Virus record (IMG/VR): IMGVR_UViG_3300035438_000194
Span: 32,001 to 96,000 of that record
Reading direction: 5' to 3' (one strand)
DNA length: 64,000 nucleotides
DNA from: a virus
Under the pieces are notes generated by a model. That model made no database searches. It saw nothing but the letters and a program-made list of their open reading frames with translations, and was not told the origin of the DNA. The position numbers and the translations under genes are program-made. Below are positions 57,673-64,000 of the stretch, piece after piece (position 1 is the stretch's first letter; every line of letters starts with the position of its first letter).

Positions 57673-58694
57673 AAGTCTGGTAATTCAAATGTGGGTAAGT
57701 CTGAGTCACCAAAGTTAAAGAATTCTTCATCAGGATCAGCAATACCTTCAGCAGTTTTTTGCTCTAAGCTATTATCAATAGCCATTTGCTCTTGAACTTC
57801 TACAGGTACTTCCATTAAAAGACTTAAGTCATCTTCTATAACATCAGTAGGACCAGTGAGTACTGGTCTAGTTGCTTCAGCTATTGCCTCAAACAAATCC
57901 AGTTGGTTAGCGGGTTGTACGTCCTCCTGTACAGAATTCTGTACAAGTTCAATAGGAAGATCTATTTGCGTAAGTGCGGCTAACGCAAAGTAACTGTTAA
58001 TAAACTTATGGGTATTTGCTTGATCCTCAAACCAACATTTAGGATGAGACATACGTAAAGCTGTAGCCACAGAGTTGTAAAAGTTCCAGGCATTGTCCCA
58101 CGTTACGTTATCTAATAAGATAACTTTGTTCATTATATTATCAGCTATAGAAGTCATTTGGTAAGTACTGATAATCTTCTCATCAATATACATACGGCCA
58201 ACCAACTCTGAATAAGTTTTAGCAGTAGCTGTTTGATTAATAAGAATATCTCTTGATGCAAGTAAGTCAGCATAGTGTACGTTAGCCATGTTAAGCTGAG
58301 TCTGAATCATTTGGATAGCTTCTTCATCAGCCTTACCTGTATGCTTTCTACCATAGCTAGATAGGTTACCAGCAAAGATATAGTTACCAGTTTTTGGTAT
58401 ATATACACCAACACCACACTTAAACCTCATAGACTTATCATATGAGTTACCCCATACAAACATCATCTTCATATCAGGATCTGTACCCTGATCTAAAACA
58501 TACATTCCGTTTGCAATATCACCGCCTCTAGTAGCACGGTATAATTCTGTTTCTACATTAAAGCCACGCTTAGCAAGTTCTTCATGAACTTTATCTATAA
58601 TTGATTTGTGGCTTATAGGTGTATAACGCCCCCCGTGATTGGGGAGCGCTATACTTTCTAAATAACTTCTAGTACTACTTGTAATCTTACTCAT
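57669..58694 (-). CDS. DUF932-like protein with acidic C-terminal tail
   Basis: YTPISH...NSYDKS...G...H.G...AW.FYN..T..L motifs. Confidence 0.6.
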   Translation of the reverse strand: MSKITSSTRSYLESIALPNHGGRYTPISHKSIIDKVHEELAKRGFNVETELYRATRGGDIANGMYVLDQGTDPDMKMMFVWGNSYDKSMRFKCGVGVYIPKTGNYIFAGNLSSYGRKHTGKADEEAIQMIQTQLNMANVHYADLLASRDILINQTATAKTYSELVGRMYIDEKIISTYQMTSIADNIMNKVILLDNVTWDNAWNFYNSVATALRMSHPKCWFEDQANTHKFINSYFALAALTQIDLPIELVQNSVQEDVQPANQLDLFEAIAEATRPVLTGPTDVIEDDLSLLMEVPVEVQEQMAIDNSLEQKTAEGIADPDEEFFNFGDSDLPTFELPDL

Positions 58695-60697
58695 TAGAAT
58701 AAACTTAGTTGTGATTTCTCTTTCTTCTTACTGATCTTCTCAATTTCCTTATATACCTGATCCAGGTAGTAGTCATCGTTCACATCATATAAGTTCCAGG
58801 TTTTATTTTCATACAGATTAAACTCGGTCTGCATCCACTTACCTGCCTCTACTTGTACCTCTCTTCCGTCTGCAGAATTCACCTTGATGATCTTACAGCC
58901 TTTGTTAGAAATATAGTAACGCACAATACCTTGGAGCTCCTTGTTGAATCGTTGACCTTTAGCAAAACAGGTCTCTAGGAAAAACCAATCACCTTTTCTT
59001 TTAACACCTTTACAATAGTCAAAGATGCTGCGGTTCTCTTGAATGAACTTCTCAGGAACCACATCTTTTACAAAATAATTATAAATAGCTTTGGGTACTA
59101 TAAGGGCGGACTTATTCTTGTGTAAAGCTAAATCGCTGAACTCAAATCTGCCTTTACACTTGGTAGCATTGTAATAATACTTACCATCCTTCATTGTGTA
59201 AACATAGTGAGGAGTCTTCTTCTTCATAGCCTCATAGTCCTCATAGCTTACCTCTTTAGATTTAAGTACAGCGATATAGTTATTCACATCACCAATGATC
59301 ATCTTCTCATACTCATCATGCTCTAACTGTAACATGGTCATATCTTCCCACTTCTTGCACGTATCAAGATATACATCTCTCATGTGTGCAGGAATCATCA
59401 TCTCAAGACCATCAGTATTTTGCATGAGTGGTATGCTACCAGGGATAGCATCTGACAACATCTCATAGAGCATTGCCAAACTCAGCTGACCATTAATAGT
59501 AATACGCATAGTAAACTCTGGATCATACAGAAAACTATTCTCATCATTACTTAAACCATAAGTACTGTTAAGAATAATCTTGTATACGTAGTTCTTTGGA
59601 TCCTTCTTAGGTATCTTCTTTCTCTCATCAAAGAACCACTCGTACTGCTCACAGAATTCTTTCTGCGGGATATGTTCAGGTGACCACTTGTTTCTGATAG
59701 CAAGGTTAGGATAGAAACTAGTAACGTCAGACGTCATTATTATCATACCATCCTTAGCCTCATACACACCAGCTTTAGTAGCCCCATGCACACCACCCAG
59801 ACCAAAATCGGTTTTTACACCTTTATGAGTAATTGAATACTTAAATCCACCCTTTGTCTCACCAGTATTTATAATCAGAGATTTAAACTTCTCATGAATA
59901 TTTATAAACTCTTTACGTTTAAACGTGATATATGGTAGTATGATATCAGCTACCACAATCTGTTCCCTAGGAGTTCTCATCTGCTTAAGATCAAACTTAC
60001 TTATACAAGTCTTCTTACTCAAGAAATAAAGGAATAACTCCTTAGATATCTTAGGCTCGGAAGCACTCATTAAGTTAATCTTGTACTCAGCTGTTAACGT
60101 TTTCCTCAACATGATCTGCTCCTGACTAAGCTCCATAATACGCTTAGTAGCAGCAACGTCATTCACACAATAGTTAACAATAGTATCAATCTCTTGCATG
60201 GTTTGGACATACGTGCTATGATGTATAGGCATATCACGTACATTGTCCCAATCCATAGAGAACTCAATCCACTTAAGACTAGACCGTTTAGCGGGATTAT
60301 CCCAGTGATTCAACCTGAAGACATCAAGCTGTGGAATCTGTAGAGCCCTTTCAGGAAACTCTGGAAACTCCCCAGCATTAGATAGTTCTATAACATGTTG
60401 AGCCTGTAGATAAATAGTGTGAGCAATCCTCTCAGGTTCCATCTCACTTAGCTCATCACCTTCCCGCAAAAGAAACTCAGTTATCTGAGCATCAAAGTTT
60501 AAACCGTTGTATGATATATGATACTCACCCACATAGTCATCATGAGACTTATGCTCATGTATAAATCTAAGGAATGCATCATAATCATTACGGAGACTAT
60601 GAACTACAAATACTTTGGTTTCTCCAGTCTTATACTCAGTAAATACGGCAGTAAAGCAATTGATTAAGGTTTCATAATCCATTACCCAATGGGCCAT
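58694..60697 (-). CDS. Family B DNA polymerase with 3'-5' exonuclease domain
   Basis: DYET, YNGLNFD and YCVNDV exonuclease motifs; DVTSFYP, KIILNSTYG and NTDG polymerase motifs. Confidence 0.92.
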   Translation of the reverse strand: MAHWVMDYETLINCFTAVFTEYKTGETKVFVVHSLRNDYDAFLRFIHEHKSHDDYVGEYHISYNGLNFDAQITEFLLREGDELSEMEPERIAHTIYLQAQHVIELSNAGEFPEFPERALQIPQLDVFRLNHWDNPAKRSSLKWIEFSMDWDNVRDMPIHHSTYVQTMQEIDTIVNYCVNDVAATKRIMELSQEQIMLRKTLTAEYKINLMSASEPKISKELFLYFLSKKTCISKFDLKQMRTPREQIVVADIILPYITFKRKEFINIHEKFKSLIINTGETKGGFKYSITHKGVKTDFGLGGVHGATKAGVYEAKDGMIIMTSDVTSFYPNLAIRNKWSPEHIPQKEFCEQYEWFFDERKKIPKKDPKNYVYKIILNSTYGLSNDENSFLYDPEFTMRITINGQLSLAMLYEMLSDAIPGSIPLMQNTDGLEMMIPAHMRDVYLDTCKKWEDMTMLQLEHDEYEKMIIGDVNNYIAVLKSKEVSYEDYEAMKKKTPHYVYTMKDGKYYYNATKCKGRFEFSDLALHKNKSALIVPKAIYNYFVKDVVPEKFIQENRSIFDYCKGVKRKGDWFFLETCFAKGQRFNKELQGIVRYYISNKGCKIIKVNSADGREVQVEAGKWMQTEFNLYENKTWNLYDVNDDYYLDQVYKEIEKISKKKEKSQLSLF

Positions 60698-60698
60698 A

Positions 60699-61112
60699 TT
60701 ACTTTACGATATTAAGTTCACTAGGAAATTCTGATGTTGGTTCTTCTGCAGGTACCATATCCAAGTAAGTCTTGAAGTCATAAGTATCAGCATTACCAGC
60801 AAAGTGTTTGATGAAAGCTTCAATATCAGAACGCTCTTCCAAATAGTATTCTTGGAATGTTTCAATAGTTCTACGCTCTTGTTTAATTGGAGAACCATCA
60901 CGTCCTGGAGTCTTACGCATTTCTGCGTCACCGTTAGGATCTAGCTTAGGCATCATATGGAAAATGTCCTTCTTTACTGCACCGATAGCAGCTAATACTT
61001 TCATATCAGTATCATAGATAGCCTCAACATATGGGCAGTCTGCAGTTGTTGGGATCAATTTAAAAGTCTTACCATTCTTCCAGGTAGACGTAATTAACAT
61101 CATGTTATTCAT
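60699..61112 (-). CDS. Hypothetical protein (137 aa)
   Basis: ORF with AAAACCAAT leader and a TATATTTG box upstream (61133-61140, - strand). Confidence 0.7.
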   Translation of the reverse strand: MNNMMLITSTWKNGKTFKLIPTTADCPYVEAIYDTDMKVLAAIGAVKKDIFHMMPKLDPNGDAEMRKTPGRDGSPIKQERRTIETFQEYYLEERSDIEAFIKHFAGNADTYDFKTYLDMVPAEEPTSEFPSELNIVK

Positions 61113-61131
61113 ATTGGTTTTTTTAATGTGG

Positions 61132-61692
61132 TCAAATATAGTCTAAAAACTGAATCTGCTTTACCTCACTTAACAGATTTTCTTTATTGAAATCTGGAGG
61201 AGAACATAACTGTCCTACTTCTTTAAGTACCTCTACAGGTACAGCAAGATGGTTGGCATATGTTTCATAATACTTCTCAGGATATAGGTAGCTTGTGATA
61301 AGGTTATGATTACTTATGTTACCTTCAAAGAATTTGAGAATTGTCTTCTTCTTATCATCAGGAAACTTAGCATACTTACCTTTTGCAAACAAATCCCATA
61401 CAGCTCCTTCATTAGTATAATCAAACAAGTAAGCGCCCTTGTTATCAGGAAGCTCATAGAAGCTAGAGAACTTAGGATTACCCAGCAGTTTGGTTCTTTC
61501 AAACAACTTAAAGTCATCCTCTTCACTTAGCTCATATACGCAGATTAACTTCTTATCCTGTACTTCAGATATACCTGTCCAAGATACATAGCTCTCTATT
61601 GGCGTGATGCTAACACCGCGCCTGATACCTAGGAATGGATAGAGAAACATTCTAGATTTTTGTGTGTACTTAGTATACAAGGATTTTATCAT
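61132..61692 (-). CDS. Hypothetical protein (186 aa)
   Basis: ORF within the replication operon. Confidence 0.7.
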   Translation of the reverse strand: MIKSLYTKYTQKSRMFLYPFLGIRRGVSITPIESYVSWTGISEVQDKKLICVYELSEEDDFKLFERTKLLGNPKFSSFYELPDNKGAYLFDYTNEGAVWDLFAKGKYAKFPDDKKKTILKFFEGNISNHNLITSYLYPEKYYETYANHLAVPVEVLKEVGQLCSPPDFNKENLLSEVKQIQFLDYI

Positions 61693-61699
61693 AAGATTT

Positions 61700-62668
61700 T
61701 TACAGTATTACATTACCTACCTCATACTCATAAGGTAAGTTATATTTTCTATTTGTGTAATGATAGTCTGCAATTTTCATTACCTCATCAAGCTTATCCA
61801 TCCAGCTATTAAGAGTTACAGTACTAACTTCAAATGCATAACACTGGGTGAGTTTGTCAACCACTATGAAATGAAACTTAATCTTGTAATTACTTAAGCT
61901 ATAGTTAGCTCTTACTAATCTACAGTACACTGCAGCTTGCAACCAATACTTGTAATACTCTATAGTCTCTGGGAAATCTTGTAGCAGTTTTCCGCTGGTC
62001 TTGAGATCATTAATATAAATCACTTTGGCGTCATGATCAATGTTAATGTTATCTACAAAACCTCTAAGACCAAAGCCATACTGTGTATCCATTACAAGTG
62101 GCACCTCACTCTGACTATAGGGACCCCCTATATTGAGTAAGCTTGTAATCTTCTCATTAGATCTAACGATCTCAGCATAACCTTTTACTTTATTCAGGGT
62201 GTCTTCATCTATAACAGCTTTGTCACCCTTTGTAGTCAAGAAGTTATAGTAACTTATACTTGCGTCAGTAACTACCTTCTCAACTCTTTGTGCATCAGTC
62301 TTGAGACTCTGATACAGATTGATCTCCTTTAATATATCAAGGATCTCAAACTCATTCTGCTCCAAAGATAAATCAAGATTGTTATTTACCAAAGCCCTTA
62401 CAAAGACTTTATCAACAACATTCTTAATGCTGTCACCCGGTAAGTTAACCGGGGACACCACATACTTATCATGAAACTTATCTTCCTCTAGGAGAAGACA
62501 GTGAAGCAGGCTACCTTCAATCAGGTGCTGCTCCATCTTGTCCTCTCTTTGGTTTAAGATGTAATGCTTATAGAAAGCACTTGGGGCAAACAATAACTTG
62601 TTAAACCCGGAATAACTAAAGTGAAACTTCTTCTTGTAGAAGTTCTCCTCCGCTTGGAAATCTATCAT
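61700..62668 (-). CDS. PD-(D/E)XK exonuclease (RecB/RecE/Cas4-like)
   Basis: SYS....L, GSLLH, SEV...RG.VD...DLKT...YWLQAAVY motifs. Confidence 0.85.
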   Translation of the reverse strand: MIDFQAEENFYKKKFHFSYSGFNKLLFAPSAFYKHYILNQREDKMEQHLIEGSLLHCLLLEEDKFHDKYVVSPVNLPGDSIKNVVDKVFVRALVNNNLDLSLEQNEFEILDILKEINLYQSLKTDAQRVEKVVTDASISYYNFLTTKGDKAVIDEDTLNKVKGYAEIVRSNEKITSLLNIGGPYSQSEVPLVMDTQYGFGLRGFVDNINIDHDAKVIYINDLKTSGKLLQDFPETIEYYKYWLQAAVYCRLVRANYSLSNYKIKFHFIVVDKLTQCYAFEVSTVTLNSWMDKLDEVMKIADYHYTNRKYNLPYEYEVGNVIL

Positions 62669-63749
62669 CTTGCTTGTTTAAAAGTTTATCTACCTTGACT
62701 TGAACCTCAGCGGTTAATCTAACATCTACAACCTCATAGTTACTACTAAAAGTTCTAGACTCTTCTAATATACTAGCCTTAATAGTATCCAATAGTTCTT
62801 GGGTCAGTAACCCCTTCTCTATAGATACATCTAAGATAGCATCCTTATCCCAGCGGTACTTGCTATAACCAAGCCAGTTGAGTAAAGACTTAAAGGCTAC
62901 ACTTGTTCTATACTTCTGATTATAAATAGTGTTGCTACCAAATTCCTCAAGTAGTAATGCCAAGTATACAAAGCTTTTCTCATAGTTACATCCGGCCATA
63001 ATGGTCATAGCAACTAAGTGATTATCCTTGTCCATACTTTTAAGCATGGTTCGGATAGAATCAAATGCATCCCTATCAATAACGGTATCACCAATTAAGT
63101 TATTAAACTCTTCTTGTGAATAAACATTACTGAAGTTCTTAGCGTCTAAGAAGTAATCATCTGTTACTGTTGATATCCAACTACCAGACATATTGCCACT
63201 ATAAAATGACATACTACTTAGAATAGATCTGTTATTATAACCACTAGTCTTAGCAGGATTGTTATGGTTATTTATATAAAAAGATTCTACAAGAGCCTTA
63301 TTTATAATAACATAGTTACCTTTATAGTTATTAATAATATCAGTAAGATGTTGCTTATCAGCACCTCTTAGAAACCCATTAATAAAAGGTATCATATCAC
63401 TTGTTTCTACATAATACATATGATCTTTGCGTATACCTGACTCTACAGAATCAGTACATGCAATAATAACATCTGCAGTAGCTCTATCCCTAACAGTTTT
63501 AATCTTTCTCTCCTCCAAGAAAGGCTTGGCCTTATCTCTAGGAATACTGCACTTAGGTGCAAAGTATATTGTTTTTACATTAGTAAGATCTAATTTCTTA
63601 CCCTCAACACTTTGTTTAAAAGGTTTAAGATAATTAGTATCATTCCAGCGGTGATAAGTAAATGTACCATCAGGGTCTATTAATACATTGCTGGTTACAA
63701 GTTCTAACTGATTATTAATAACCGTTAGCGTTAGTTGTTCTTTTATCAT
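62616..63749 (-). CDS. Hypothetical protein (377 aa), possible BRCT-like N-terminal segment
   Basis: IYF.P.C.IPR.K.......IK.VRD...AD.II pattern. Confidence 0.6.
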   Translation of the reverse strand: MIKEQLTLTVINNQLELVTSNVLIDPDGTFTYHRWNDTNYLKPFKQSVEGKKLDLTNVKTIYFAPKCSIPRDKAKPFLEERKIKTVRDRATADVIIACTDSVESGIRKDHMYYVETSDMIPFINGFLRGADKQHLTDIINNYKGNYVIINKALVESFYINNHNNPAKTSGYNNRSILSSMSFYSGNMSGSWISTVTDDYFLDAKNFSNVYSQEEFNNLIGDTVIDRDAFDSIRTMLKSMDKDNHLVAMTIMAGCNYEKSFVYLALLLEEFGSNTIYNQKYRTSVAFKSLLNWLGYSKYRWDKDAILDVSIEKGLLTQELLDTIKASILEESRTFSSNYEVVDVRLTAEVQVKVDKLLNKQDDRFPSGGELLQEEVSL

Positions 63750-63751
63750 AA

Positions 63752-64000
63752 TTAAAAAGGTAATGGAGCTTCAGGTTTAGGCTCTTCTTTAGGAGCCCTC
63801 TCCTGTAAATACTCAGTGTATGTCTTAATACAAAATGCTTCTATCCTAAAGAACTTTTGATCATCTCTAGCAAGACCTGCATTTAGATCATGAAGTTTAT
63901 CATTCACCATGCGGTCATAGTTATCCTCGGTAAGATAACCGTGATCATAGAAATGCTTAATGTCTTTAGGAAACTCTAGTTGTTTAATTCTATATGAATC
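63752..64000 (-). CDS. C-terminal part of a hypothetical protein (truncated by the window edge), ending EPKPEAPLPF
   Basis: 83-codon open frame running to the window end. Confidence 0.6.
   Translation of the reverse strand, partial: DSYRIKQLEFPKDIKHFYDHGYLTEDNYDRMVNDKLHDLNAGLARDDQKFFRIEAFCIKTYTEYLQERAPKEEPKPEAPLPF

Noticed and set aside
36664-60697. Inteins or introns in the RNAP or DNA polymerase
   Set aside because: No intein C/S...HN boundaries, LAGLIDADG motifs or frame interruptions were seen
61700-62668. Cas4 as part of a CRISPR system
   Set aside because: No cas genes or array nearby and no Fe-S Cys cluster; best read as an ordinary phage exonuclease
1-64000. Stop-codon reassignment as seen in some crAss-like phages
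   Set aside because: Genes up to 12 kb are uninterrupted in the standard code and coding density is near complete; TAG (11060) and TGA (56252) appear to act as stops
1-64000. CRISPR array, tRNA or rRNA genes
   Set aside because: No regularly spaced repeats or cloverleaf-like sequence seen; intergenic gaps are short

Overview
A 64 kb segment of an AT-rich, crAss-like (Crassvirales-related) podophage genome. The host is probably a Bacteroidota species (A-rich translation starts, almost no Shine-Dalgarno motifs, TAnnTTTG-like boxes), and the standard genetic code reads cleanly. The + strand (1-56789) is the late/structural module: 3' end of the major capsid gene, a cluster of small very basic proteins, connector/ring proteins, a Dps/ferritin-like protein, an HNH insertion, Cys-rich FN3 fibres, an IHF-like protein, a muzzle/tail-stabilisation protein, cargo proteins, three giant ejection proteins (2919, 4063 and 1849 aa; the middle one is a DFDID-type virion RNA polymerase) and a lysis cassette. 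The - strand (56786-64000) is replication/nucleotide metabolism: MazG-like, Nmad1-like, DUF932-like, family B DNA polymerase and a PD-(D/E)XK nuclease. Most notable: (1) the three nearly Cys-free giant proteins carry cysteines exactly at their adjoining termini, suggesting head-to-tail disulfide chaining for ejection; (2) the virion RNAP has a C-terminal set of NADAR, macro-like, SLOG-like and DUF4326-like domains, and the upstream giant protein has an ADP-ribosyltransferase-like domain; (3) about 30 [FYMK]xxGG motifs are shared by basic and cargo proteins; (4) an intergenic hairpin has a loop complementary to an AAACCAAC motif found before several start codons. All family assignments come from motif recognition by eye, not database searches.
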